This document shows, piece by piece, positions 29,616-42,775 of a stretch of DNA of 64,000 bases. A model generated the notes under the pieces. It did no database searches. It had not been told where the DNA came from and saw nothing but the letters and a program-made list of their open reading frames with translations. The stretch lies in assembly GCA_023701005.1 (NCBI GenBank), contig JAMPXW010000001.1, forward strand, positions 207,843-271,842, given 5' to 3'. Position 1 is the stretch's first letter, and every line of letters starts with the position of its first letter. The DNA is from Burkholderiales bacterium. GTDB taxonomy: Bacteria > Patescibacteriota > Minisyncoccia > Phycocordibacterales > UBA9973. The position numbers and the translations under genes are program-made.

Positions 29616-30224
29616 ATGGATCAAAATTTTCAAACATCTTTTATACCAAAGAAACCGATGATCGAAGAGCGGGCTATTCCATCACAACCTGTGAGTCTTT
29701 TCACAATAATATCTATTTTTATATTTTTTACTGTAGTCATAGGTACTGGAGCTTTGTATTTTTATAATGGAATACTTTCTAAGGATATAATAAAAATGGA
29801 AAGTGATTTAAACTTAGCGAAAGATCGTTTTGAACCGTCAAAAATAATTCAATTACAAGTTTTAGACAAGAGGTTGAGTGCTGCTAGTGAAATTTTATCT
29901 AAACACATTGCTATTTCTCCTATTTTTAAAGCACTTCAAGATATCACTATGAAAACCGTTAGATATACAAAATTTGAATATCAAATAGAAGAGGGGAAGG
30001 GTGAGAAGATTTTAGTTAAAATGAGTGGCACAGCTGTGGGTTATAAGTCTGTCGCTTTACAATCTGATCTTTTTGCTAAGAATAAATATTTTATTGATCC
30101 AGTCTTTTCTAATTTAATGCTCGATGATAAAGGTAATGTAGTTTTTGATTTAGAATTCTCAGTTGATAGAGCTTTCATTGATTATAAAAAAGTGATTGAG
30201 GTTAATGCAGAAGTATTAAATTAA
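29616..30224 (+). CDS. PilN-like protein
   Basis: TM plus coiled coil plus ferredoxin-like C-terminus; position after pilM. Confidence 0.7.
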   Translation: MDQNFQTSFIPKKPMIEERAIPSQPVSLFTIISIFIFFTVVIGTGALYFYNGILSKDIIKMESDLNLAKDRFEPSKIIQLQVLDKRLSAASEILSKHIAISPIFKALQDITMKTVRYTKFEYQIEEGKGEKILVKMSGTAVGYKSVALQSDLFAKNKYFIDPVFSNLMLDDKGNVVFDLEFSVDRAFIDYKKVIEVNAEVLN

Positions 30225-30229
30225 AATTT

Positions 30230-30817
30230 ATGTCAAGATTTATTTTACCAACAATTTTAATAGGAATAGCAATATCAGGTTTTTTTATTCTGACTAAACC
30301 AACTTATGAAAATATAACTTCTGCAAGAGAACAGATAGCTTCTTATGATGAAGCATTGGCTAATTCTAAAGCACTTGAAGCAGAACGCGACAAACTTACC
30401 CAAAAATCTAATTCTTTTAAGGAAGAAGAGCTAGCAAGATTACATAAACTTTTACCAGATAATGTAGATAATATACGTTTAATATTAGAGATAGAAAAAA
30501 TTGCAGCTCCATACGGGATGGTCTTGAAAGATGTAAAATATGATACTACTAAAAAAGATTCTACCGAAACAAATCAGATTTACAATCAGGAAAATCCTAC
30601 CTTAAACAAAGATTATGGTATTTGGGATTTAGAATTTTCAACTCAAGCCACTTATAATAATTTTGTTTCTTTTATAAAAGACTTAGAAAATAATTTGAGA
30701 ATAGTAGATATTTCTTCAGTACAATTTGCTGCAAGTGGTAATACTGGCCTTAACCCTGCATTGCCAGAGGCTTTTAAATATACTTTTAGAATTAAAACTT
30801 ATTGGTTAAAAAATTAA
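30230..30817 (+). CDS. pilO: PilO-like protein
   Basis: LLPD, YNNFVSFIKDLENNLRIVDI; synteny. Confidence 0.8.
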   Translation: MSRFILPTILIGIAISGFFILTKPTYENITSAREQIASYDEALANSKALEAERDKLTQKSNSFKEEELARLHKLLPDNVDNIRLILEIEKIAAPYGMVLKDVKYDTTKKDSTETNQIYNQENPTLNKDYGIWDLEFSTQATYNNFVSFIKDLENNLRIVDISSVQFAASGNTGLNPALPEAFKYTFRIKTYWLKN

Positions 30818-30818
30818 A

Positions 30819-31280
30819 ATGACACCCAAAATAAAAAACATAATATTATTTACTTTAATAGCAGCAGCACTGATTTTGGTGTATGTCTTTTTTATTAAAA
30901 AAGATGCGACAGAAGAAGAGAGCCTAGTTTCTTCTACGGAAAGTGACATAGTTTCGACCGATACATTAAATCAAAATTCAGAAATTGCACAGAATTTACT
31001 TTCAGTGTTGTTGGGTGTAAAAAATATTAAGTTAGAAGATAGTATTTTTTCAGAAAAGTCATTTTTAAATTTGCGTGATTCTAGCATCATTCTCAACTCG
31101 ACAGGGGACGAAGGGAGAATTAATCCTTTTGCTCCTATTGGATATGAAAATCTTGTTTCTCCTCTTCCTGGTATCGGCAGTACGACTCCTGCAATTTCAG
31201 GTACGGCACCTTCTCTAGAAACAAATGAAGAAAAAACGAATAAGACAAATGTCCCAGCAAATACGAAAACAGCTAATTAA
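30819..31280 (+). CDS. Membrane-anchored pilus-associated protein (PilP-like position)
   Basis: N-terminal TM, GRINPFAP motif. Confidence 0.6.
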   Translation: MTPKIKNIILFTLIAAALILVYVFFIKKDATEEESLVSSTESDIVSTDTLNQNSEIAQNLLSVLLGVKNIKLEDSIFSEKSFLNLRDSSIILNSTGDEGRINPFAPIGYENLVSPLPGIGSTTPAISGTAPSLETNEEKTNKTNVPANTKTAN

Positions 31281-31283
31281 ATT

Positions 31284-33035
31284 ATGAGTTTTTTAGAAGA
31301 ATTAGTTAAAAATCAGTTAATAGACAAAACTCAAATAGATGAGATAAAAAATATCGCCAAGGAAAAACATAATGGCAATATAGATGAAGCATTAATTGAG
31401 TTTGGAGTACCAGAAGATAAATCTCTTTTAGTTAAAGGGAGTTATTTGCAGATGCCTGTTAAAAAAGTAGATACTAAAGAATTTTCTTTCGATGTTTTAA
31501 AATATATTCCTGAAGATGCAGCGAAACATTATCATTTTGTTCCGTTGGAATTAAAAGAAGGTGTTTTGGAGATTGGTATAACAGATGGAGAAGATTCACA
31601 AGCCCTTGATGCTTTACAATTTATTTCTGCCAAGATAGGAATTCCATTTAAGATTTTTTTGATTTCAGATTCAGATTATAAAACTATTATTGATACATAC
31701 AGAGGTATTTCTGTACAGGTAGAAGAAGCGCTAAATCAATTAAATGAGGATGAGACAGCGAATACTAAGAGTGCAAATGAATCGAATAATCTCAATAAAG
31801 AGATAAAGAACATAAAGTCAAATGAAGAAGTGAAAATAGTAGAGGATGCTCCTGTTATAAAAATAGTTGCTGTCATATTGCGTAATGCTATAGAAAGTAA
31901 TGCCTCAGATATCCATATAGAAAATATTGGAGAGAAAGTGAAGGTACGTTTTCGAGTGGATGGAAGTCTTCATACTACAATAGTATTACCACCGAATGTC
32001 TATAATGGCATCGTGGCTCGTGTGAAGATATTGGCCAAGCTTCGCTTGGATGAAAAGAGGAAACCACAAGATGGATCTTTTAGTACTAATTTAGATGGAC
32101 ACAAGATTGATTTTCGTGTTTCTACTATGCCTGCTTATTATGGTGAAAAAGTAGTTATTCGTATTTTGGATGCGGAAAAAGGGGTAAAACCATTAGATCA
32201 ACTTGGTTTATCAAAAAGAAATCTTGAAATGATAAGAGAAGCTATAAAAAAACCTTACGGTCTTATTTTGATTACTGGACCTACTGGTTCTGGTAAATCT
32301 ACAACATTATATTCGATGATGAATGAACTTGATAAAGAAACTAGTAATATCGTTTCTTTGGAAGACCCAGTTGAATATCATATGCCTGATATAAACCAAT
32401 CTCAGATGATGCCAGAAATAGGATATACTTTTGCTTCGGGTTTGCGTTCCATACTTCGTCAAGACCCAGATGTCATCATGGTAGGAGAAATTCGTGATAA
32501 AGAAACGGCACAGCTTGCTATTCAAGCAGCTTTGACTGGGCACCTTGTTTTATCTACCTTGCATACCAATAGTGCTATTGGGGCAGTGCCTCGCTTGGTA
32601 GATATGGGAGTGGATCCTTATCTTATAGCACCTACACTTATTTTATCAGTAGCTCAACGTCTAGCGAGGATGGCTTATCCAACTTCTAGGAAACTAGTAC
32701 CGATGGATCCTAGTATAAAACTTCAAATTGAAGATGAATTAAAAGATTTACCGGAAGAATTTAGAAAAGAGATAGTAATAAAAGATCAAATGTATGATAT
32801 TGTCCCTTCTCCTGAATGTCCTTCAGGCACAAAAGGGCGTATTGCTATTTTTGAAATGTTTAAAGTTGGTAAAGAAATGCAGAATATTATTTTGAAAAGT
32901 CCAGTTGATTCTGAAATATACAAAGTAGCTAGAAAAGATGGAATGCTTCTCATGAGAGAAGACGCAATGCTTAAAGCCTTAGATGGCATTATTCCATATA
33001 AAGAAGTTTTCAATTTTGTGAATGATAATGATTAA
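31284..33035 (+). CDS. pilB: Pilus extension ATPase PilB/GspE
   Basis: ASDIHIE, GPTGSGKS, LRQDPD, GHLVLSTLH. Confidence 0.95.
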   Translation: MSFLEELVKNQLIDKTQIDEIKNIAKEKHNGNIDEALIEFGVPEDKSLLVKGSYLQMPVKKVDTKEFSFDVLKYIPEDAAKHYHFVPLELKEGVLEIGITDGEDSQALDALQFISAKIGIPFKIFLISDSDYKTIIDTYRGISVQVEEALNQLNEDETANTKSANESNNLNKEIKNIKSNEEVKIVEDAPVIKIVAVILRNAIESNASDIHIENIGEKVKVRFRVDGSLHTTIVLPPNVYNGIVARVKILAKLRLDEKRKPQDGSFSTNLDGHKIDFRVSTMPAYYGEKVVIRILDAEKGVKPLDQLGLSKRNLEMIREAIKKPYGLILITGPTGSGKSTTLYSMMNELDKETSNIVSLEDPVEYHMPDINQSQMMPEIGYTFASGLRSILRQDPDVIMVGEIRDKETAQLAIQAALTGHLVLSTLHTNSAIGAVPRLVDMGVDPYLIAPTLILSVAQRLARMAYPTSRKLVPMDPSIKLQIEDELKDLPEEFRKEIVIKDQMYDIVPSPECPSGTKGRIAIFEMFKVGKEMQNIILKSPVDSEIYKVARKDGMLLMREDAMLKALDGIIPYKEVFNFVNDND

Positions 33036-33096
33036 AAAAGTTGTCCACAAAAAACTATTATTAATAAATAAATTGTAATATAATAAATTTAGATAT

Positions 33097-33492
33097 ATGG
33101 AAGGAGATAAAAGAAAAATTTTGATAGTTGATGATGATACATTCCTTTTGGATATGTATGCATTTAAGTTTAGCCAACATAATTTTGAAGTTTATACAGC
33201 TCCAAATGGTTTGCAGGCTATAGAAAAATTAAAAGACGGGCTTAAGCCAGACATTATTTTGATGGATATTATTATGCCAGATATGGATGGTTTTGAGATG
33301 TTGGAAAACATAAATAAAGATAATTTGTCTCCAAATTCCACAAAAATAATTTTATCTAATAAGAGTGAACAAGCAGATATCGATAGAGGCAATGGCCTAG
33401 GTGCTTCTGGCTATATAGTAAAAGCAAATTCTACTCCACAAGAAGTCATCGAACAAGTAGTACAAATCTTATCAAAGAAAGTTGCAAATTAA
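33097..33492 (+). CDS. Single-domain response regulator
   Basis: IVDDD, LMDIIMPDMDG, YIVK. Confidence 0.92.
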   Translation: MEGDKRKILIVDDDTFLLDMYAFKFSQHNFEVYTAPNGLQAIEKLKDGLKPDIILMDIIMPDMDGFEMLENINKDNLSPNSTKIILSNKSEQADIDRGNGLGASGYIVKANSTPQEVIEQVVQILSKKVAN

Positions 33493-33522
33493 CAATAAAT
33501 ATAAGTTAACACTACATAAATT

Positions 33523-34581
33523 ATGGACTATAAAAAAAAGTTTGAAGATCTTATTTTGACAGTAATCCACCAAGGTGGGTCAGATCTTCATTTGGGTGTA
33601 GGTAAAGTTCCAGCCATACGTGTAGCTGGAGAACTTATTTTCCTTGTAAAAAATCCTGTTTTAACAAAAGAAGATGTATTGGGTATTTTGGGAGAAATTT
33701 TAGATAAAACAAAATTAAATAAATTCATTGAAGAACAGGAAATTGATTTTTCTTATGACTATCGAGGAGAAGCTCGTCTTCGAGGTAATGCATTTTTTCA
33801 AAAAGGTTTGATAAGTGTTGCCTTAAGACTTGTCCCTCAAGTCAAATCAATTTCGGAATTGCATCTACCTCCGATCATTTCAGAATTAGCTCGCAAAAAG
33901 CAAGGTTTCTTTTTGGTTGTGGGTCCTGTAGGGCAAGGTAAATCTACTACTCTTTCAGCCATGGTGAATCTGATAAATAATGAACAAACAAAACATATCG
34001 TGACGATTGAAGATCCTATTGAATATGTTTTCACTCCAAATAAATCTATTATAGATCAACGTGAAGTGGGTATTGATACGAAAGATTTTTATACTGCACT
34101 GAAATCAGTTTTTAGAGAGGATGTGAATGTTATCATGATAGGAGAGATGCGTAATCCTGAAACTATTTCTGCTGCTGTGACAGCTGCTGAGACGGGACAT
34201 CTAGTACTTTCTACTTTGCACACAAATAATGCTTCACAAACCATAGACAGAATTATAGATTCTTTCCCAGGAGCACAACAAGATCAAATTCGTTTACAGC
34301 TGGCCTCTAGTTTGTTGGGAATATTTTCTCAAAGATTGATTCCTAGAATATCTGGGGGGCTTATTCCTGCTTATGAATTATTATTGAACAACAATGCTGT
34401 TTCAAATTTGATAAGAGAAAAACGTACGAAAGAAATTGATGTAGTTATAGAGACGGGAATGGAATCTGGAATGATTGATTTGAATCATTCATTGATAGAG
34501 CTGGTGAGAGCGGGAGAGATTACAATAGAAAATGCATATCAATTTTCTCTTAATCCAAAAGGGCTTGAGCGCATATTATAA
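33523..34581 (+). CDS. pilT: Pilus retraction ATPase PilT
   Basis: SDLHL, GPVGQGKS, TIEDPIE, AAETGHLV, NLIRE. Confidence 0.95.
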   Translation: MDYKKKFEDLILTVIHQGGSDLHLGVGKVPAIRVAGELIFLVKNPVLTKEDVLGILGEILDKTKLNKFIEEQEIDFSYDYRGEARLRGNAFFQKGLISVALRLVPQVKSISELHLPPIISELARKKQGFFLVVGPVGQGKSTTLSAMVNLINNEQTKHIVTIEDPIEYVFTPNKSIIDQREVGIDTKDFYTALKSVFREDVNVIMIGEMRNPETISAAVTAAETGHLVLSTLHTNNASQTIDRIIDSFPGAQQDQIRLQLASSLLGIFSQRLIPRISGGLIPAYELLLNNNAVSNLIREKRTKEIDVVIETGMESGMIDLNHSLIELVRAGEITIENAYQFSLNPKGLERIL

Positions 34582-34624
34582 TACTTTATGACTTTATAAA
34601 CTTTTAACTTTATGACTTATTGCA

Positions 34625-35827
34625 ATGTTATTTAAATATAAAGCAGTAGATGAAAAAGGAATAAATAAAGAAGGAGAAATCGATGCAGCAAATCGTGATG
34701 TTGCTATCAGTGGTCTTCAGAGAAGGGGATTGATTGTCATTTCTATTAAGGATGAAGGAGAGAAAAAAAGTTTTTTATCTTTTGGAGGTAAAATTCCAAT
34801 GAAAGATGTTGTGATTCTTTCTCGTCAGATTTCAACTTTATTTGAAGCTCAAGTATCTGCACTAAAGGCATTTACAATGCTTGCATCTAACGCAGAAAAT
34901 AAATTATTAGCAAAGAAACTTACAATAATAAGTGATGATTTGCAGGCAGGTATATCTATTTCTGGTGCTTTGGCTAAACATCCAGAAGTTTTTTCTAATT
35001 TTTATGTGAACATGGTAAAGGTTGGAGAAGAAACTGGTAAATTAAATGAAACTTTTGATCACTTGGCAAATTATTTAAATCGTCAATATGCTCTTACAGC
35101 TAAAACAAAGAATGCTCTTATTTATCCAGCGTTTGTTATTTTTACATTTTTTGTAGTTATGGGATTGATGTTTGTAGTCGTTATACCTAAACTTTCTGCT
35201 ATTATTCTTGATTCCGGACAAGAACCTCCAATATATACAAAGATTGTTATAGCTCTTTCAAATTTCTTTGTTGATTATGGTTTTCTTGTAATTATATTTT
35301 TAATATTATCAGGGATCTGGGCATGGAGACTTTCAGCAACAGAAAAAGGAAAAGAATATATAGACAAAATGAGGCTTTCTATACCAGCAGTAGGTAATCT
35401 ATACAAGAAACTTTATCTTTCAAGAATAGCAGACAATATGGATACGATGCTTAGCTCTGGTATCCCTATCGTTAGAGCCATAGACATAACCTCAGATGTT
35501 GTCGGTAGTAGGGTGTATCAAGAAGTTTTAAAAAAGGTTGCTGACGGAGTAAAATCAGGGTTATCTTTTTCTGCTGCTTTTGAAAGACACAAAGAACAAG
35601 TTCCTGGTATTATGGTGCAGATGGTGAAAGTCGGGGAAGAGACGGGTTCTTTGGGTAAGATTTTAAAGACTTTGGCAGATTTTTATAAAAGAGAAGTGGA
35701 TGATGCTGTGGACACATTGGTTGGACTTATTGAGCCAGTAATGATAGTCGTTTTGGGCTTGGGGGTTGGTGTTCTTTTGGTTTCTGTATTAATGCCGATT
35801 TACAATTTGGCAGGAGGGATACAATAG
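34625..35827 (+). CDS. pilC: Pilus platform protein PilC/GspF
   Basis: Duplicated GEETG.L motifs, ALIYP, LIEP. Confidence 0.95.
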   Translation: MLFKYKAVDEKGINKEGEIDAANRDVAISGLQRRGLIVISIKDEGEKKSFLSFGGKIPMKDVVILSRQISTLFEAQVSALKAFTMLASNAENKLLAKKLTIISDDLQAGISISGALAKHPEVFSNFYVNMVKVGEETGKLNETFDHLANYLNRQYALTAKTKNALIYPAFVIFTFFVVMGLMFVVVIPKLSAIILDSGQEPPIYTKIVIALSNFFVDYGFLVIIFLILSGIWAWRLSATEKGKEYIDKMRLSIPAVGNLYKKLYLSRIADNMDTMLSSGIPIVRAIDITSDVVGSRVYQEVLKKVADGVKSGLSFSAAFERHKEQVPGIMVQMVKVGEETGSLGKILKTLADFYKREVDDAVDTLVGLIEPVMIVVLGLGVGVLLVSVLMPIYNLAGGIQ

Positions 35828-35992
35828 ATAGGATGTGGATAACTTTTTTGCATATATATAATGATAAAAGTTATAATATAGGTATTAAAATAAAGTCGAA
35901 AATCTTCATTTAGAAGAATGAAGAAAAAATTATTAGTTTCCGCCAAGCGCGGACGAGCTTTAGCTCGAAATATTATTAGTAAGAAAAAAATT

Positions 35993-36448
35993 ATGAAGAA
36001 TTTTAAAAAAGGTTTTACATTGATTGAATTGTTGGTTGTTGTTGCAATCATCGGTATTTTGGCATCAGTTGTTTTGGCATCATTAAATAGTGCTAGAACA
36101 AAAGGAGCAGATGCTGCTATCAAAGCAAACTTAGCAAACATTCGTGCACAAGCTGAAATTTTATATGATACAGATTCAAATTATGCTAATGTATGTACAA
36201 ATACTACAGTAGCAGCTGCAATTAATTCAGCAAAGACTTCTGCTGGTATTACTGCTGCAACAGTTACAACTTTAGCTACAGCAGGAACAGCTACTACAGC
36301 TGTTTGTCACGTAGCAGCAGACAATGCTTCTTGGGCAGCTGAAGTTCCATTGAAGTCTTCAAGCGCAAATAGTTGGTGTGTAGATAGTACAGGTGCTTCT
36401 ATGCAACTCACAGGATATCTTGGCGCTAGTGACGTAACTTGTAATTAA
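35993..36448 (+). CDS. Type IV pilin (probable major pilin)
   Basis: KKG/FTLIELLVV class III signal; C-terminal WCVDS..C; own terminator. Confidence 0.93.
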   Translation: MKNFKKGFTLIELLVVVAIIGILASVVLASLNSARTKGADAAIKANLANIRAQAEILYDTDSNYANVCTNTTVAAAINSAKTSAGITAATVTTLATAGTATTAVCHVAADNASWAAEVPLKSSSANSWCVDSTGASMQLTGYLGASDVTCN

Positions 36449-36737
36449 TATATATTTATATACAAAAAAACTACCCTGCTTGGGGTAGTTTTTTTGTTTT
36501 TATATGTGATATAATAAATATAGAAATGGGGCCGATTTATTAATATATTATTAAGTTAATTTTATGAAGAATTTATCAAAAAGTTTCAAGCAAGGTTCCG
36601 CCTCGGCTTGCCGAAGACGAGACGGGTTTACGTTAATTGAATTGTTGGTTGTTGTTGCAATCATCGGTATTTTGGCATCAGTTGTTTTGGCATCATTAAA
36701 TAGTGCTAGAACAAAAGGAGCAGATGCTGCTATCAAA
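36023..36737 (+). repeat. 102-bp identical direct repeat shared by pilin 1 and pilin 2
   Basis: 36023-36124 identical to 36636-36737, including synonymous positions. Confidence 0.9.
36463..36495 (+). terminator. Terminator after first pilin
   Basis: aaaaaaactaccc-tgcttg-gggtagttttttt. Confidence 0.85.
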
Positions 36738-37109
36738 TCTAATTTAGCAAATATGCGTGCGCAAAGTGAAATTTTGTATGACAAGAATGGGAGGTATGAT
36801 ATAGATACGACGGCGACAACAGTTGCGGCTGCTGCATGTACAAATACAGCCAATAGTCTTTTTGCTGATCCAACTATATGGGGTCAAGTTAACAGTGCTT
36901 TGTCTTCTTCTGGTGGTTTGGATTCATGTATGGTTGGGCCATCAGCGGATTCATGGGCAGTCGTAGTGCAAATGAAACAAAATCCAAATACGGAAGCATG
37001 GTGTGTAGATAGCTCTGGTGCTTCAAAAAAAGAAACTCTTGATGGTTCTCCCATTCAAACTGAATTAAATGCTCTTGTTACTGATGGAATAATAGCTAAG
37101 TGTGATTAA
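36564..37109 (+). CDS. Type IV pilin with a 10-aa palindromic insert in its leader
   Basis: G/FTLIELLVV, WCVDS. Confidence 0.92.
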   Translation: MKNLSKSFKQGSASACRRRDGFTLIELLVVVAIIGILASVVLASLNSARTKGADAAIKSNLANMRAQSEILYDKNGRYDIDTTATTVAAAACTNTANSLFADPTIWGQVNSALSSSGGLDSCMVGPSADSWAVVVQMKQNPNTEAWCVDSSGASKKETLDGSPIQTELNALVTDGIIAKCD

Positions 37110-37127
37110 TATTAAAAATTATTTATT

Positions 37128-37652
37128 ATGAAGAATTTATCAAAAAGTTTCAAGCGAGGTTTTACGTTAATCGAATTGTTGGTTGTTGTTGCTATCATCG
37201 CCATTTTGGTTGCGGTGATTATGGCGTCGACTACGGAATCTAGAAATAGGGGGGCAGATGCAGGTATAAAAACGAATCTTAATACCATAAAAGGAGCAGC
37301 AGAATTGTTTTATGTTAATCCTTTAACGGTCGCACCTACAAAGCCTGCTTTTTCTTTTGGTAGTGATATTAGTGGGAATTGTCCTTCTTATAGCGCTAGT
37401 TCGAACGTTATGTTTCAAAGAGATAAAAACATAGCTGATGCTATTGCAGAAGCCACCAAGAGATCTAGTGTAAATTATGCTTTTTGTGATGCGAATGCTA
37501 CAAACTGGGCTGTTGGTGTCGTTTTGAAGACTGATGCTAAATCTGCTTGGTGTGTTGATAGTTCTAACGCTTCTAAGAAGGTTACTCGTGTTGCTAATGG
37601 CGCAATGGTCATAAGTGATGTCATCGACACAGCCACTCATTTGTGTAAATAG
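37128..37652 (+). CDS. Type IV pilin
   Basis: RG/FTLIELLVV, WCVDS. Confidence 0.92.
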   Translation: MKNLSKSFKRGFTLIELLVVVAIIAILVAVIMASTTESRNRGADAGIKTNLNTIKGAAELFYVNPLTVAPTKPAFSFGSDISGNCPSYSASSNVMFQRDKNIADAIAEATKRSSVNYAFCDANATNWAVGVVLKTDAKSAWCVDSSNASKKVTRVANGAMVISDVIDTATHLCK

Positions 37653-37668
37653 TTATTAATATAAAATT

Positions 37669-38448
37669 ATGACTTTTTCTCTTGCAATAATTTTTTTTGG
37701 ATTGGGTTTAATAATAGGAAGTTTTTTGAATGTTGTTATATTTAGATTTAATACACAACGTTCATTTGGGGGCAGGAGTGGATGTATGGTTTGTCAAAAG
37801 AAACTTTCTTGGTATGAGCTTTTCCCAGTTTTTAGTTTTATTTTCTTGAGAGGGAGATGCAAGGGTTGTAAAACAAAAATTTCCATTCAATATCCTATAG
37901 TAGAATTATTATCTGGATTTATATTCTTATCAATATTTTTGAAGTTTCAAGATGTTTTCTATTTTGACACTTTGAATTTTACTATATCTTATGCATATTA
38001 TGTGGCTATTTTTTCTATGTTTCTCGTTATTGCAGTTTATGATTATAAACATAAAATAATACCAGATATTTTCTCAATTTTTTTGGGAGTAATAACTTTC
38101 ATAGGTTTATTTCTATTTGAAGATTTTGCTTTTTCTCCGCATATTCCATCCTTGTTGCAATTTTTATCTGGGATATTCTTAGCATTACCTTTTGCTTTTA
38201 TTTGGCTTATTTCTAAAGGAACTTGGATGGGCTTGGGTGATGCGAAGCTTTCTCTCAGCTTGGGGTGGCTTTTGGGGTACGGAATGTTACTCTCAGCGGG
38301 GGTTTTGGCTTTTTGGTCTGGAGCTATTGTGGGAATATTTCTTTTACTTTTTTCAAAAAAATATGGAATAAAAAGTGAAATACCTTTTGCCCCATTTTTA
38401 GTTTTAGGAGTTTTTCTTTCGTTCATTTTCGAATTAAGATTTTTTTAG
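37669..38448 (+). CDS. pilD: Prepilin peptidase
   Basis: GSFLNVVI, CxxC pairs, GLGDAKL, IPFAPFL. Confidence 0.95.
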   Translation: MTFSLAIIFFGLGLIIGSFLNVVIFRFNTQRSFGGRSGCMVCQKKLSWYELFPVFSFIFLRGRCKGCKTKISIQYPIVELLSGFIFLSIFLKFQDVFYFDTLNFTISYAYYVAIFSMFLVIAVYDYKHKIIPDIFSIFLGVITFIGLFLFEDFAFSPHIPSLLQFLSGIFLALPFAFIWLISKGTWMGLGDAKLSLSLGWLLGYGMLLSAGVLAFWSGAIVGIFLLLFSKKYGIKSEIPFAPFLVLGVFLSFIFELRFF

Positions 38449-38472
38449 ACCAGAGTCATCGTTAAAATTAAA

Positions 38473-39138
38473 ATGCTTTCTTTTTTTAAAAAAATAAATT
38501 TTTATAAGCTAAAAATTAAGAGTTATAGCTTAAACAAAGGCATGACTTATGTTGAACTTATTGTAGTTTTGAGTATTTTTTCTGTTATGACATCAATTGT
38601 TCTTTTTGATTATAATAAGTTCGAAGAAAAAATAGACATAAAAATTTTGGCGAATGACATAGCTCTTAAGATAATAGAAGCCCAGAAATCTTCTGTTTCT
38701 GGTAAATTGCCTCCAGTAGCACAACAAGCAAGTATAAGTGATGAGTGGAAGCCATCTTATGGTTTGTATGTCGATTCTTCTTTAACCAATAATAAAAAAC
38801 TTGTTTATTTTAGTGATTTGTTGCCCCAAAATAGTGCTTATGATCCTTCTGTGTGTTCTGGAGCGGGAGAGTGTTTAGATAGTGTGACTATAACGAAAGG
38901 TAATTATATTTCGCGTATCGATAGTTATATAGGGTCTACCCTTAATCAACAAATAACAAGACCTTTGTCCATCACATTTAAAAGGCCAGGATCAAATGCG
39001 GTTTTTGCTATTACTAATCCAGATAGTTCAATTTCTATATTAAATGGTTTTGATTATGTTCAGATCACAATAACTTCTGTATCGGGTGTAAATTCTTATA
39101 TTAAAATATATAATTCTGGAAGAGTTCAAATAAATTAA
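38473..39138 (+). CDS. Minor pilin
   Basis: KG/MTYVELIVV. Confidence 0.85.
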   Translation: MLSFFKKINFYKLKIKSYSLNKGMTYVELIVVLSIFSVMTSIVLFDYNKFEEKIDIKILANDIALKIIEAQKSSVSGKLPPVAQQASISDEWKPSYGLYVDSSLTNNKKLVYFSDLLPQNSAYDPSVCSGAGECLDSVTITKGNYISRIDSYIGSTLNQQITRPLSITFKRPGSNAVFAITNPDSSISILNGFDYVQITITSVSGVNSYIKIYNSGRVQIN

Positions 39139-39146
39139 TTATAAAA

Positions 39147-39677
39147 ATGCAAAATAAAGTAAAAAATAAAAACAATAGTGGTTATACGATAATAGAAACA
39201 ATGATAGCGATATCACTTTTTCTCATTGTTGTCATGATAGGTATGGGTTCATTATTAAACACGACCCTTATCCATGGAAAATCACAGGACATGCGCTCAA
39301 TAGTAGACAATTTAAGTTTTATTATGGAAGATATTTCTAGAAATGTTAGGACAGGATATGATTTTGCTGGGGGAGGAAATATAATTTCTTTTACTTCTTC
39401 AAATGGAGCAGCATGGAGTTACAAAATCGAAGGATCTAATTTAAGTAAATCAATTGATGGTGGTACAAATTGGACACAGTTGAATTCTGGTGAAATAACT
39501 TTTAAGAATGGTTCAGGTTTTTCTTTGACAGGAGTTCTTCCTCCTCCAGGAGACACATTGCAACCACTAATAACAGTTAGATTGGTTGGAGAAATTATTT
39601 CAAAGGATAATATTTCTACTCCTTTTTCTTTACAAACATCGATATCTCAAAGATTGGCAGACATAGTAACACCTTAA
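39147..39677 (+). CDS. Minor pilin
   Basis: SG/YTIIETMIA. Confidence 0.85.
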   Translation: MQNKVKNKNNSGYTIIETMIAISLFLIVVMIGMGSLLNTTLIHGKSQDMRSIVDNLSFIMEDISRNVRTGYDFAGGGNIISFTSSNGAAWSYKIEGSNLSKSIDGGTNWTQLNSGEITFKNGSGFSLTGVLPPPGDTLQPLITVRLVGEIISKDNISTPFSLQTSISQRLADIVTP

Positions 39678-39684
39678 AATATTT

Positions 39685-40223
39685 ATGATAAATAATTTTA
39701 AAAAAATAAATAAAGGTGGAGGATTTACTTTGGTGGAAACATTGGTAGCTATTTCGGTTTTTTCTTTTGCAGTTTTAGGATTGATGTCTGTCTTATCGAA
39801 TGGAATTACTGATATTGGTTATGCAAAAAAGAAAACTGTTGCTGTTTATTTAGCACAAGAGGGTGTGGAATATATAAGAAATATGAGAGATAATTATATC
39901 TTTTTTGGAGGGAATCCAGGCTGGAATAATTTTAAAGCGCAACTAGCTTCATGTAATGCTGGGAGTGAGTGTGGTTTTAGTACGACTAATCCGATTGTTG
40001 TTAATTCTTGTACATCTAATCCAAGTGTTTGTAAAATATATTTAAACAATGGTGATTATAATACTAATTCCAGTGGAAATGATTCTGGATTTTCTCGTAA
40101 AATATGGATGGAAGTAATAGAATCTAGTCGAGAAGTTAAGATTTTCTCACAGGTTTCTTGGACGCAAGGTTCTGGAACTTATAAGATAATTTTGTCAGAA
40201 AATTTATTTAATTGGACTGAATA

Positions 40224-40224
<1 letters not shown>
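39685..40224 (+). CDS. Minor pilin (PilV-like)
   Basis: GG/FTLVETLVA, YLAQEGVE. Confidence 0.85.
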
Positions 40225-42769
<2,545 letters not shown>

Positions 42770-42775
42770 AATTCC

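Noticed and set aside
35918-35992. N-terminal extension of the first pilin
   Set aside because: ATG 35993 gives a typical short class III leader; the upstream part is probably 5' UTR with a small GC-rich patch
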